This document shows, one piece after another, positions 24,900-38,325 of a DNA stretch of 64,000 bases. The notes under the pieces are model-generated. The model was not told the origin of the DNA and made no database searches. It saw nothing but the letters and a program-made list of their open reading frames with translations. Where the stretch lies: the NCBI GenBank assembly GCA_028534125.1, contig CM052816.1, forward strand, positions 24,492,001 through 24,556,000, read 5' to 3'. How positions within the stretch are numbered: position 1 is the first letter of the stretch; every line of letters starts with the position of its first letter. The DNA comes from Lama glama (taxonomy: Eukaryota). Position numbers and translations under genes: made by a program.

Positions 24900-25530
24900 A
24901 GTCCTAGCTGGTGCCGCCGTTTCTGGCGTCTTTCACCAGGGGGCAGTAGCCCTCTCACTTCCTCTGGGTTTCAGCCCCCTCGTCCAGGCCGGAGTTAAGC
25001 TCCGACCCCAGATCCGGGTGGGCAGGGCTACGGTGGGGGCGGGTCTGCCCAATGGGCTCTCCCGGGAGGGGGGCGGGGCTCTATTTCAGCCGCGCCTCGG
25101 GCCGCAGGCGCGGTGCGCTCCCCCGGCTCAGTATGTGGCGCGTTCCCGGTCTGCTGTGCGTGCGCATTGCAAGGGGGAGCAAGCTCTCTGGACCTTGGAA
25201 CAGGCCTGCCGCCTTCATGTCCACTCTGCTCATCAATCAGCCCCAGTATGCTTGGCTGAAGGAGCTGGGGCTCCGCGAGGAAAACGAGGGCGTGTATAAT
25301 GGCAGCTGGGGAGGCCGAGGAGAGGTATGCGGGAGTCCCGGGAAATCTCTACGGCCTCACTTCTCTCCGGGAGGCCGGGCGGGTACTGCCCCTCTCCAGT
25401 CCCCGCGCACGCTGTCGGCGGTGGTACTGAGTGGGAAGCTTTAAAGCTCTACAGTAGAAGTTTTCTCATGTATACTGTCTTAAAAATACCGTTAGATTTT
25501 AGGGCCCGTGGGCTGTGGAGTATCGGTCAC
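24900..25530. promoter_or_regulatory. ALDH7A1: ALDH7A1 CpG-island promoter with GC boxes (~25035-25043, ~25068-25079) and CCAAT (25049-25053)
   Basis: CpG-rich region spanning exon 1. Motifs read directly. Confidence 0.85.
25133..25324 (+). CDS. ALDH7A1: ALDH7A1 exon 1: mitochondrial presequence [28 protein letters not shown], then [36 protein letters not shown] (alpha-aminoadipic semialdehyde dehydrogenase / antiquitin)
   Basis: 192 nt, donor GAG|GTATGC, second in-frame ATG at 25217. The 18 exons sum to 1620 nt = 539 aa + stop. Confidence 0.95.
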
Positions 25531-26752
25531 TTTGGAGCTGGTTGGGGTTAAACTTCCTACGCATACTTAAAACCGTATGGCATAGTTAAACACTCTATGT
25601 CTATGGTGAGAAATGCCACACGCTTAGCGGTGGAAATTACCTGAATTTTGTGCTTGACTGTGGCTCCTTATATGTGACGTGGATAGTTTTACATATTTTC
25701 CGAAATCCTTTGGAGTGCAAGTTCGGACTTGCTGAAATTGTGTCATGTTTTCGTTGAGCTCAGCTTCTTTGAGGGCCAAGTTTTCAGCATTTCTCTATTT
25801 CCAGAGCCTCACTCCATGCCTGACACCCAGTTAATGTTCAGTAAGATGTTTTATAGAATACAGTGGAAAGGTAAGGTTTTTATCGCCGAAATTTTTGGGG
25901 AGCCGCATACAGAAGAAAGCTTTTGATGAGAAAATGTTATGTAATACCGAACATTTTCTTGAATGCACCTGCCTTGTTAGAAGAAACACATCTTTTGGTT
26001 ATCTGTGATTGCAGGAGATGCGAGTGGTTTTTCATTGGTTCCCAAATTTCTGCCTCCCTCATTAGTGGTTTCATCTTGTTTTTCTTGTGGCATCAATCCT
26101 TAGGTTCATGGATACCTCTCCTGAAGTTCTTTTTAAAGCTACATCTGGACTTTTTCTTTCTAATTGACCTCTCCAGTTTGTGTGGACAGGTGGGGGAGGG
26201 GCCAGGGCCCCTCTGTGGGACCCCCATGGCCATCCATCATATTGTCCCTCAATCCTCCCCCTCCCCCCTCCTCCCAGATTGCTGCACTTTATTAATAAAG
26301 TCTGGACTTAATAAATTCATATAGATGTTTAACTTAAAAACAAACAAAACCACAGGTCTTTCCCATAATTGTCTGGCCTTGGCCATTTCACCTCTGACCA
26401 GAGGTGGGTAGAGTAAGAGACAGAGGGAGTAAGTTAAACTCACAACTTTGGTCTGTTTTTAATGGAAAAAGAGGCAAAACAACAGGTTACATTTAGGCTT
26501 TTGTTTGTATTCTAATATTTAGATGGCAAAGGTGAGTTTTGTAGTATAGGTGGTTCTGGATGTTCAGGTCAGAAATGAAAGAGCTCTGTAGACTTGCTTA
26601 TTTGAAACAAGTTAATGTAAAGGTTCTGAGCTTAGGTATTGTATCTTAATCTCCCCCCCACCCCCGCTCCTTTTCTTCTTCCCCCATTTGTTCTGCTCCC
26701 CGAATTTGGGATTACATTTTTTATTTATGGTGGTCATCTTTTTTGTTTTAAG

Positions 26753-26806
26753 GTTATCACCACCTATTGTCCTGCTAACAATGAGCCGATAGCAAGAGTC
26801 AGACAG
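26753..26806 (+). CDS. ALDH7A1: ALDH7A1 exon 2 (VITTYCPANNEPIARVRQ)
   Basis: taag| ... CAG|GTAAGG, 54 nt. Confidence 0.96.
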
Positions 26807-27360
26807 GTAAGGTTTTTGTTTTGTTTTGTTTTTTGTTTTTGTTTTTAATGCAAGCAAACTGTCCAGTTTGTGCTAGTGATCATGAGTGATACAAAGTCAA
26901 AGAATAATGTTTCTTTTTAATTTAACATTTAAGAATGTCAGAGAGAGACTTTCCACTCATTGTGGGAGGAGATGCACTAGAAAAGGAGAACCCTAGAGGG
27001 GACCAGGGGGAGGGATCCATTGAAGGCCATGCATCTGGATCACCTGGGGATTTGTGTCTGACCTCTCAAATCTGGGTTGGAGCCTGATGTTCTGAATTTC
27101 TAATGCACCTTAAGTACTGCTCCCCGATGAAGCTCAGGGACTTTGCTTTGAGAAACAATTTCTTACAAAAGCACAGGTTCTAACTTACTGAGTTCAGCAA
27201 GTTTTTGGAAGCGTAAGCTGTGAAAATCATTCTAAACCATGAATCCTAGGGTCACCTGGAGATTGTTCAATTCTTTTCCAAAAATAATCTCTATGTTGTT
27301 AGAAGGAGATCATTACTGCCCTTTCCTTTTCTCTTTGTCTTCCTCTGAATCTTTATTTAG

Positions 27361-27426
27361 GCCAGCATGGCTGACTATGAAGAAACTGTAAAGAAAGCAA
27401 GAGAAGCATGGAGAATCTGGGCAGAT
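27361..27426 (+). CDS. ALDH7A1: ALDH7A1 exon 3 ([22 protein letters not shown])
   Basis: tttag| ... GAT|GTAAGT, 66 nt. Confidence 0.96.
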
Positions 27427-29409
27427 GTAAGTATGGAGGCCAGGGCACGGTTACCTCCTGTAATTACCACGAGACACAGAGACATTTGATGAGTAGGCCA
27501 GTGCCCCTGTGCTGAAACGGCTCCTTGGGGGCTCAGACCATCTCCTCTGCTGTAGTCCTAAATTGTCCCTTTTCCATATTTGGCCCTCAGGAGCTGGGAA
27601 ATTTTAAATGGAATAGAACTCTCTGCTGAGATAACATAAACTCAGTCTATGAGTACTCTATTCTCCAACTGGAGTTACTCGAATTTATAATTAGCAAAGA
27701 GGAAGGAATATCTATGCTAAAAATACCCATCTGCGCCATCTCCCTCCCCCTGCCAGTGTTACTGGGGGGAGGAGGGGAGGGGATTTTAGTGGTAGGTCGA
27801 CATTCCTGATTCAAAGGGCAGTGCAGGCAGCGGCAGCTCTTTCACAGGGTGAAGGCTCCAGTTCCTCCACAGTCGGATGAGGCTTTGAGGCAGATTCTGC
27901 CTTCTCTGTCTCTGTTTCCAACGAGGGTTGTGAATGCAAGTGTAGGAGCTGTTTCTGGAGTTGGGCTGGGCCATGCTGAGCTGGCACTGCAAGAGCAGGC
28001 TCTGGAGGAAGGGAGAATAAAGAACTGGCTTAGTCTGGATCTCCCAGTCTCCCCTTACCTCCCCCACCCTGAGTTTCAGATCTCCTACCAAAGATTCTAA
28101 CTAAGCCTGAGGCTGTAGGAATACCCTGGATGGTTAACCCAGCTCTGCCCCTGGGTAGATTGATTCACTTTAGAGTGCTTTGTCTTGTAAAATGGGGAGA
28201 CCGGATGTGCTTACCTCTCAGTTGACCTGAGGGTTAAATGAATGCATTTAAAGTGCTTACGGGAGAATCAGGCAGGGGTAAACCTCTGTACCTGTCAGTT
28301 TGTTATGTAAAACCACACGCTGGCGGGTTTGGGACTGCTGACCCAGTGTTTTCTCTGAATCGGTGATTGCTATGGGACTTGAGGAGGGGTAGATGCTCCA
28401 GGAGAGCCCTGGGTTGGATGCAGAGTTATCTGCCAAGTTGTTTGCCCCTGTGCAAAGCTGGAAGAACATCTTTACTTTCACTAATTCTGGCTATAAGTTA
28501 GACTCAGGGTTCCATTATATACAATCAAAAATATTCTTGAACAAAGGAAATAATGATCTAAGAAGTTATCTCTGGTGGTAGCTCTGTCCTGGTACAGGTC
28601 CCCTTTCTGAGTTCTTTTAGGCTATTAAGGAGGAGTTAGAAAGCTTCCCTGAGGCTGCTGGGCCTTGATTGCCTTTAGCTCAAAATAACACCAAAGAACA
28701 TACCAAACTGGCACATTCTCAGGTGGCTTATTCTGAACCCTATCCACGAAAAGAGTTCTGTACTCTCCATCAGTCTTACAAGTTTCCCTTATTAATAACA
28801 CCCTGCATTAGTGTGGTACCTATTTCTGCCCCTCTGCATCCTCTGTGTGTCATCATTTTTCCTCTCCATTTCTGGTGAGGAAGAGCTAGGCTTTCTTTCC
28901 TCTCTTGATGGCAGAGAACTGTGAATGGGCCCTCTGTGGCTGAACAGAGGAATACCAGAACCCTGGTAGCTCTCTGACATGGGTGTCTTTGTAATAGTTC
29001 CCCAAGGTCTCATGGTTCCCTCCTCGTGGCTGTCTTTGATGCTTATTCCAGACCAAATTTCAGGGTGAATTGTGCAGGGATGAATGCAAGGTCTCTCGTT
29101 GCCCATCTCAGGGGTGTCTGAGGTTACTGATGCCTTGTCATGCTGGGATTGATCAAGCCCGCACGGAGAATGTGGCTGTCTTCCCGGTGTCCTGCTCCCC
29201 CTTCATATCTTTTGCCTCATACCTAATCCTGGCTTTCTCATCTCTGGCTCCTCCTAGTAGTCATCTTGGAAGCTGGAGGAAAATAAAATGCCAGGTTGGA
29301 GTGGTGTGGGATGTTGAGTGGTGATTCTAATGTATAGTCAGAGCTAAGACTCAATCAATTACCAAGTCTTGAACATTTTGAATTATATTTATCTCTTGCT
29401 ATTTTTGTG

Positions 29410-30060
29410 GTCCAGACAGCTACCATCTCTTGTCTGGCCTAAAGGTTTTCCTGCCTGAGTCTTTCCTCCATCTGATCGATTTTCTATACCACATCTAGAG
29501 TGGTATTTTAAAATGCAGTCTGTGATTTTCACTTCACTATATAAAGCCTTTTAGTGATTTCCCCACTGCTCTTTGAATCCTTTACATGGTCCTTTGCATT
29601 GTGGCCCCTGCTTTCTTCTCTGCCTCTTTAAGCTTTATAGTTTTCCAAACTCACTGCATGCTCTTGACTTAGCCTTTGCATGTGTTATACTCCCTGATCC
29701 TGTAATTTTCTTCTACTTTCTCTACCTTTTCAGCTGGCAAACACCAATCCTGCTTTAGGTCTTAGGTCTCAACTCTAAACTTCTTTAAAAAGCCTCCTTC
29801 CTCCTCACCTCCTTTTCCCCAAGTAACGCCAGATTAGTACTCGCAGGTGGTCCAGTTGTACAGTCTGGCTCCTCCATCACGGCACTTACCACCTGAGATC
29901 ATAATCTGTGTCGTGTCCCTGTCACCCCCACTGGACTGTCAGCTCCATGAGGCATGAATTGTAGCTGCCTTGTTTCCTTTGTGTCCCTGGGATTAGCATG
30001 ATACCTGATGCATAGAAAGTGTGCAGTAAGTGTTGGTAGAAAGACTAATAGAATAAATAT
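29410..30060. mobile_element. L2 LINE fragments
   Basis: L2-like text (taccatctcttgtctggcct; ccactggactgtcagctccatgaggca; agcatgatacctgatgcatag). Confidence 0.55.
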
Positions 30061-30924
30061 GTTCGGGATGGGAGGTTAAAGGCCATGTGTGCTGTATTGG
30101 CCATTCTCAGTTGAAATTAACCAATTTGCTAAGCTTTTAAATGCATAGGCTAAATTCAACTGAAACATTATTAAACCCATTCCATGCATTAGAAAATGTA
30201 TAAGATTTGCACTGCATCACTTAATGTTACAATTTTTATTGATCATAAAAATGGCAAATGTTGCAGACATAAAATGTGGGGAATGCAAGTCTGTTATAAT
30301 TCCATTTCCCAGAAATTACAGCTGTTAACATCTGGTATATTCCTTTAATTTTAAGCAAAAGTTTGTTTACAGTATGCATTATTTTATTTTTTTTGTTGAC
30401 CTGTTATATTTCTTAAACGTTTTTCCTTATAAATCTATCTTACTCTTTTTAGAGAGTGTCAGGTATTCCATTTTATGGCTGTCCTGTAATTAACCAATCA
30501 TAGACTGATGGACATTTAAATGGTTTCTCTTTTTCTCCACTGGAAACAGCACTGCAGTAAATGCTACTGAGCCTATACTTTTGCACACTTACATATATGC
30601 TCAAGTTCCAGAAGTAGAACTGCCTATTCAAAGGGTAGGGGCATTTTAAATGTAAACAGAATGCTAAGCTACCCTCCAGAAAAGCCATTCTAAGACATTT
30701 GAGATGTATTTGAGAAGGAGAGCCAAGAAGAGCCCTGAGCCCCCAGTCAAGCTCTGGGAGCCCCTCTCTGTGGGGGGGTCAGGGGTGGGGGACAGGCGCC
30801 AGCCTCGGGAGTAGGAATGGTATTGCTAGTTGCTTTCTGAAAGAAAGGTGGAATTAAAGGAAGAGCTGCAAAGGCAAAAAGGGGTGATATCATAGTTGGT
30901 GAAAGTATGTCTCCATTCTTTCAT

Positions 30925-31730
30925 CACATCTCAAACTTAATATGGCCCAACCTGTACTCTGCACCTCCAAAAAAATCTGGACTCATCTTCCGAGTAATCT
31001 TCATCCCTGTGATTCTACTTCCATCTACCTAGCTATTCAAGCCAGAGATCTGGGAGTCATCCTTAATTCTTTCATTTCCCATACCTGTTCCCTTAGTGAG
31101 TTCTGTCCTACCAACAAAATAGATCCTGAATCTACTTTTTGTCTCTCTTGCTTCAATCTTAAGGCCAAGTCACCATTATCTTTTGCCTCGGTTACTAGAA
31201 TGTGTCCTTAGTTGGTCTTCCTGCTTCTACTCTTTTCTTCTCCAGTTTATTCTCCACACATTAGGCAGTGATCTTATAAAATAAGGTCAAGCAAGTCATC
31301 TTACTTTGCTTCTTAAAAACTATAAGATTTAGCATTGTACCTGGAATAAGATCCAGACTCTTTAAAGCGCCTCCTAGCTGTGGGCATGGTGTCCTTCCCA
31401 ATCAGCTCCTCAAATATGACACTCTTTTATTTTCCATGGATCTCTTAGACTGTTTTTGCCCCCGGTGTAGAATATTCCTATGGTTGACGATAAAGTTAAC
31501 ATACCCAATTATCCTCCAAGCCTGCTATTCTGTCTGCCTCAGAACCATGTTTATTTCCTTGGTCTTTATAACCCTTGTGGCAATTTGTAATTCTTTATTG
31601 TCCTTTTCCCCTCTTATTAGTGCCACGAATGCCACTAGAGAATAGTTACTAGCTTCACAAATGCCTCACTTATTTTAGCCCCAGTGTGTGGCAGTACTGT
31701 TGTTCTCAGAAAGTATTTGGTGAGTGAGTG
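30925..31730. mobile_element. L2 LINE fragments
   Basis: catctcaaacttaatatg; tcaagccagagatctgggagtcatcctt. Confidence 0.55.
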
Positions 31731-32134
31731 GTATGATTTGAATGGATTATGGAATACCAGCTTTATAAGTAAACAGTGTATTGTTTGGACATGAAATCAG
31801 TTTGACCCATATGAAAACATCACTGGCAATCATAAAGGCTTACAGGTATGTAAGGTATTCTGAGCTTTCTGGAATCACTCCAAAAAGTTGCGTTCAATCT
31901 GAATTTCTCTCTGTACTTGGCACAGTCCCTTGTTCACAAAAAAATGTATCATCTGAATATTTTCCAGGTCTGCTGTATGGATTTTAGAGCCTGCCACGTC
32001 ACCCTGTTGTTGGGATCAAAGCAGTTGTCTTTGAAGTGCTTGTACTGTTCTTTTACAGCACATTTATCTAATACTGTGTTACATGTGCAGGTTTACACTT
32101 TGAATCAGACACTAAAATTCCATTCTTTTCTTAG

Positions 32135-32251
<117 letters not shown>

Positions 32252-32544
32252 TGAGTGGGGAATGAGGCTATCTTGTACTTCTGTGTATAAGATTGTGATT
32301 TTTAAGAAAAGTGATTTATATATTGCAAAAATCTTTAGAGGAAAGATTAAAAAGATGAACATTAAAAAGTGAAGACAATTCTTGGGTTTTAAAATTCTTT
32401 TAGAAAAATATGAACAGACTTTCTGAAGTATATTTATTACCTTCACAAAGCAGAAACAAATGTGTTGCTTTCCCCACCATAAATTTAATGTGTAAAGCAT
32501 GAATTTTGTTGGAAAAAAAGCTGCTTGGTCTTTTGTGTTTTTAG

Positions 32545-32691
<147 letters not shown>

Positions 32692-33003
32692 TAAGAGTTT
32701 TGTATTCTGATACAGAGAGCTCCAAAAATTTCTCTGATCCACACGGAGCTCCTATGAGGAGCAGAGGCCTCATGGATATCGTTATGGTTTATGAGACTGT
32801 GGTGATAACAGCTTTGGTTGTGTGCTAATTAATACACCAGTATCCCACAGCTGTGTGGAATGATCAGCTACAAGGCATCTGGAATCCCCACTTGGTCTGA
32901 TGCCCCTTTGGGCTGAAAATGAGGGTCCAGACTTAGTGCTTACTTAGCTGACAGGCATTTAAGTAACGTGCTTAAGAATGTTCCACACTTTCCCTGTCCT
33001 CAG

Positions 33004-33136
33004 GACCCGGCCACGTGCTCGTTGAACAGTGGAACCCTGTAGGCCTGGTCGGAGTCATCACTGCGTTCAACTTCCCTGTGGCGGTGTATGGCTGGAACAA
33101 TGCCATTGCCATGATCTGTGGGAATGCCTGCCTTTG
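33004..33136 (+). CDS. ALDH7A1: ALDH7A1 exon 6 ([45 protein letters not shown])
   Basis: ctcag| ... TG|GTAAGA, 133 nt. Contains the ALDH FNFP motif. Confidence 0.97.
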
Positions 33137-33353
33137 GTAAGAACGGCTCACTGTCTTACCCAGCAGTTAGATGGTAAAGGTAGCCGTTTTCAGGTACTGC
33201 TCAAAATACTGTAAATGTATCGAAGTGTTTTCTACTACTCTGCTCTTCCATATTAAGTCAACACCTGCTAGTTGTGAAATGTAGATTTTAAATTATTAGA
33301 TATTTTGTTATTGGTAAAATTTATTTTTTTGACTTGTTTTTTTAACACAGCCT

Positions 33354-33990
33354 TGTCCCCTATTCCTCCCAGTTGTTTTTACCGCAAGATGGTTACTGTA
33401 ATTCAGTTCTGACACTAACTGCCTGGTCTTAGTGTCAGGCTCCACCTGTTTAAGGGCTCAGTCCTCCACAAGACTGCCCCCACGTTAGATGCAAAGTGCC
33501 AGTGTCCTCAGGTCTCCAGGACATCTGCAGTTCTGACCAGCAATCTGCAGATGAGGAGGTTCCTGTCAACCCTTGTTTCAGTAATCCATTAGCATTATGC
33601 ACAGAACTCAAGAAAGCACAGTACTCAATGACTGCAGTTTCGTTATGAAGGACACATAGAGCATGGTCTAGACGGGGCCCTCTGTGAGGTCAGCACACAT
33701 CCCCTTCCCAACCAGGAAGCTCCACTGAGCTTTGGTGTCCACAGTTTTTATGGGGTTTTATTACATAGGCATGATTGATTAAATTATTATATATGTGATT
33801 GAACTCAGTCTCCATCCCTTCTCCCCTCCTGTCTCCATGGTTGATCTTTCTAGTGACCAGTCCTCATCCTGACGCACTAGTGACCTCCTTAGCATAACAA
33901 AAACCCTTCTATCAGGAAATTTGAGGGGTTTTCGTGTTATGTGCCAGAAACTGGGAGCGACGATTCAGATACATTCTTTATTATAGTACA
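33354..33990. mobile_element. MER21-like LTR
   Basis: attcagttctgacactaact; taagggctcagtcctccacaagactgccccca; cataggcatgattgattaaa. Confidence 0.7.
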
Positions 33991-34783
33991 CTTCACAAAC
34001 AGAAAACTAAGTGAACAAGTAGGAGGAAAAGAAGAACTTGTGATACAAGTCATAACCTTCTTTTTAAAATTCTTTTTTTTTAAGTTCAATAAAAATTTGA
34101 TAGTGAATTCCCAAGTGATTCTGAGGCACTTGGCCAATGTTCCCATTGATATATTAAATGTTACATCTCTATAAAATATATGATAGTAAAAGTTAGCTAG
34201 AAAGATACCAGTGTTTTATAGATGACAAAACAGTTGTTTGCTTTTAGCTTTCATGTTCAGTAAGGGAACGTAGATCAGGAAAACCAGGAGAGTTGTCTGC
34301 CCATTTTGCGTCTGTCACACTAATATGTACTGATCTCAAGGCTGTACTCAGTTGAAGGTACTCAAAGACTGTGTAAAAAGCAAGGCATAGTTGGGAGGAT
34401 TAATGATTTGGCACCATGTTTCCAAAGGCTAGTTGTACAATTTTCCTCAGCCCTCTGACCCTTCCAGTGAAAGTTTGTGTTGATTGATTTCTGTTTCACT
34501 CATTTCCCATCAGTGGCAGAGGTTAATGTAACAGCTCCTGTGATTGGTGCAGCAAGCAGGTTCGAAATTGTTTGATGCCATTTTTATATTTGAAAGTTTT
34601 ACAGCCCCGTGGGTCTGAGACACCAAGCTGAAGGATAGATTTCTACTTCAGTTACTAGGCTCAGTTGCTTAATTTGAAGGAACTTGTTCTCACAAAGTCT
34701 TTTGCTTCTGCTTGAAAATAAAAGATATTGATGATTTCCACCCAATTAAGCTGCCTTTTTTTTTTTTTTTTGACCCTTACAAG

Positions 34784-34828
34784 GAAAGGAGCTCCAACAA
34801 CTTCCCTCATTAGTGTAGCCGTTACAAA
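34784..34828 (+). CDS. ALDH7A1: ALDH7A1 exon 7 (KGAPTTSLISVAVT/K)
   Basis: T16 tract, then acaag| ... AA|GTAAGT, 45 nt. Confidence 0.95.
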
Positions 34829-36295
34829 GTAAGTATATGTGGCTTTTTGTGTGTGTGTGGGTAGGGAAGAATCTGAAAAGGGTGACTGATAGGCACTGGA
34901 TTTTTAATCTGATGTGGAAGTGTCATTTTTATTTTAGCATGGGTTTTGGACAAACTTTTGGTTGTAATAACATTTTTATATCATTATGCAGTTTATAGAA
35001 CTTTTTCAGAACCATATTATTTAAGTCTTGGGAAATATGCTAGATATTGATATATATGTTGAACCTGAACTCTTAAAACATTTTTTGTCACTTGGAAAAT
35101 AAAAACAAATCCAGTAGACAGGAAATAGTTTTACAATTTAGGGGCTATATGCTATAACTATTGAGTATGTTAGTGGTTTTGATTTCCGCTCATCTGATAC
35201 ATTTATTACTTTTGTCTAATAGCCAGCAAAACAGAGAGAAATTGTTATTATACTGTTCCACTGATTCTTCTAACACTCTGAAATGCACTTCATCTTTTGG
35301 TTAAAAAATTATTGTTTATTCATATTTGGGAACTTGACAACTCTGGTTAGGTCATAAAATCAATGTTATTAATTTATCATTCCAGAATTTAGACAATGTT
35401 TAGAAGAGGGTGCCTTTCCATGTAGGGGGATGAGGGGCCCTGATATTCCATTGGTTGCATGAGCTGCATTCTCTGATTTAACAATCATTAGTAGAGAGCT
35501 TGTGTAAGAAGCTCCTTAATGTTGGGAGATCATTTAGGAATACTGACTGACGAATTGAAATTCGGCTGAAGAAGAGAGTAATGTATGTTAGTAGTTAATT
35601 GAAAGGATATGTGACGTTGAGAAAACAATATCCTTCAAGGCAGAGGTGTTCAAATTAAATATTAAATAGAACTCTGATAAACAAAACACATGAAAATGAT
35701 AAGATTCCACAGGCCGTTTTTAAAAATAAGCCTTTCAAAGAACTGTGGATGTAGTGAACTGACTTGCCAGTTGCTTTTCAATAACTGGTTCAGTTATTGT
35801 TACTTTTGATTCTGTTTCAAATGTTCTAAAGCTTGAGCTTTTAAATATTTATTTGCTTTAAACCTTTGAAGGGCCTGAGGCATTCATATAGGAACATGGC
35901 TGATTTTTTAGGTAATTGAGAATATTATCTGATACTGTAATGGAAGACAGTAAGTACAATAATGCTAAATTGTGCCAGAATTAACCAATGTCCACTGGGA
36001 GTTCTTAAATTCAACTAAAATTCAGACTCATAAGATGAACACGTTTCATGCCTCTGTCATTTATTTTGCATGTCATTTTCTTCTTAAGATTTTTTGGGGG
36101 AAGGAAAAAAAAGGTTCTCCTTTATAGTGTTGGAAAACCTCATCTCTTACTTTGAGGTGAAATCCAGGCCTGCCTATTTGAGGGATGAGAGAGAAAGTTG
36201 AAAAACGAAAGTCAGGTGGTTGGAATTTATTGCTGTTTTCAAAAAGTGATAAGAAATTAAATTGCTCCCTTCCTTGACTGCTATTTCTTTTCTAG

Positions 36296-36373
36296 GATAG
36301 TAGCCAAGGTTCTGGAGGACAACAAGCTGCCTGGTGCGATTTGTTCCTTGACTTGTGGTGGAGCGGATATCGG
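36296..36373 (+). CDS. ALDH7A1: ALDH7A1 exon 8 ([26 protein letters not shown])
   Basis: tctag| ... GG|GTAGGT, 78 nt. Confidence 0.96.
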
Positions 36374-36769
36374 GTAGGTCAGGGCCCTGGGTTGATTGGC
36401 TACAATCATCTTTACTAGAATTTCAAAACCCCATATAGCTAAGGAGGTGAGAACAGTTTTTGGAATTGTTATTTTGTGGATCTCATTAGGCTTTATTGGT
36501 GTGTAGCCTCTGTTGGAGCATGAGTAAGAACTGTCTTTTTCATTGCCCAGAACTACTATCGTAATGTGTTTATATACTAAAATGACGACCTGCTATGCCT
36601 GTGGGCAGTCCCTGGCTTCCTGATGCTTGATTTATAAATGTGCTCACTTACAAAGCAAAGCTGTGGAATTGTGCTCTGGTGGCTCACTCTCCACCAAGAA
36701 CCTAGCCTATTCTCTGGGTTCTTCAACTGACCAAAAAAGGGAACCCTGGAAACACAGCTTCTAAGTTAT

Positions 36770-37170
36770 ATTTGTTTTTTAAAAATTGCCATGTAATTCA
36801 CATACCATAAAGTTCTCTCTTAAAAAATGTATAATTAAAAAGCAGAAATTGACACAATATTGTAAACTGACTATATTTCAATAATAAAATTTTTTTTAAT
36901 TCCCAAAATTAAAAAAAAAGTACAATTCAGTGGTTTGTAGAATAGTCACAGTGTTGTGCAACTATCATCATTACCTTATCCCAAAACATTGTCGTTACCT
37001 CCAAAAGGAACCTTGTACCTCTTAGCAGTCCCTCCCCCTCCCCCCACTTCTGGCAACCAGGAATCTCCTTTGTATCTTTATGGATTTTCCTATTCAGGAA
37101 ATTTCAATGTAAATGGAATCATATAACATGTGACCCTTGTGTCTAGCTTCTTTCATTTTGCAAAATGTCA
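36770..37170 (-). mobile_element. L1 3' fragment containing a nested, oppositely oriented short L1 3' tail (~36837-36915)
   Basis: Antisense L1 text is broken by gcagaaattgacacaatattgtaaactgactatatttcaata. GTATAATT / GTACAATT flank the insert. Confidence 0.65.
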
Positions 37171-38227
37171 CAACATTTTTTAAGCTGGAACGGACTGTAA
37201 TTTCTCTGAACTGTGGTGAAATCTGGTTCTGCCAGCCTGGACTTTGATTGGGTGACATTTCATAGGATTCAGGTCTTAGAACTCTTACTGGTGTGGTTAA
37301 AATGTTAAGTCTCTCTCCAGCACTTGTACCATACTATTGTACTTACTGGGCAATCTCAAAAAGGAGTAATAAACGGCTCCTTTTTGTTCTTTGTTTTTTT
37401 TTTTTTTTTAGATAAATGAGAAAATAGAAAATATAGCTCCCACATAAAGAGTGCATAGTGAAGTATTATCTGAATGTCATTTAAAACACGGTCTAATCCT
37501 TGACCCACTCTGTTCTTGTACTTCGGGCATCCAGTCCTTCGTGTTGGCCTTGGAATAGCTCAGATAATAGCAGTGTGTGCAGGAGTGCTGTACACAGCAG
37601 CCACCTTGAGCGTCAGTGCTCATGCGTGCTGGGATGACTTGGGGAGGACTACCTGCGTAGTCTCACCCCGCAGTTCCAGCCCTGCATTACTCTAATGCTG
37701 TGGCTGCCTTGCTTGGCCCACCCCAAGCCCTTTGAAGCACTGTACTGTGAGCAAGGAGGCTCAGATCAATAGTGTCTGGTCTCCATTCCTGAGAAACAAC
37801 TGGAAATCCTAGCACAGCTTTTGTAAGTCAGCTTCCATGAAGGTTACTTAGGATATTTCCCTACAGTCTTTAACTTTAGGAATTAGTTTTAAGAGTCTGC
37901 AAAGTAACTGGGATGCTCATCAAGGAATTGCTGAAGTCATACTGACCAGTGACCTATCAGTACAGAAAGGAACGTCTTCCTTGACAGCATCCTTGAGGTG
38001 ATTGCTGTTTATGGAGAGCTCGCAGAACGGGTTAGCTTGTTCCACTGTATGGTTCTTGTGAAAATCTAATTCGTTTTCATGAAGACCTTCCCTGGGGACG
38101 GATCCTTGTGTCCTTGACTGACCGCCTTTCCGTGGCAAGGGCTATGTCATAGTTTTCTGGCAGGTACCATCAGGTGCTGACATTGCTGGGTCTCTCTGCT
38201 TGGGTGACCATGTCTGTTCCTCTGCAG

Positions 38228-38325
38228 CACAGCAATGGCCAAAGATGAGCGGGTGAACCTGCTGTCCTTCACCGGGAGCACCCAGGTGGGAAAACAGGTG
38301 GCCCTTATGGTGCAGGAGAGGTTTG
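38228..38325 (+). CDS. ALDH7A1: ALDH7A1 exon 9 ([32 protein letters not shown])
   Basis: tgcag| ... G|GTAAGT, 98 nt. Contains the NAD-binding FTGSTxVG motif. Confidence 0.97.

Noticed and set aside
20563..25133. Shared bidirectional promoter for PHAX and ALDH7A1
   Set aside because: The starts are about 4.5 kb apart, with two separate CpG islands and repeat-filled AT-rich DNA between them.
27740..27785. Imperfect hairpin CCTCCCC..CCAGT-gtt-ACTGG-GGGGAGG in ALDH7A1 intron 3
   Set aside because: Short and low-complexity, too small for a pre-miRNA, and with no snoRNA boxes seen.
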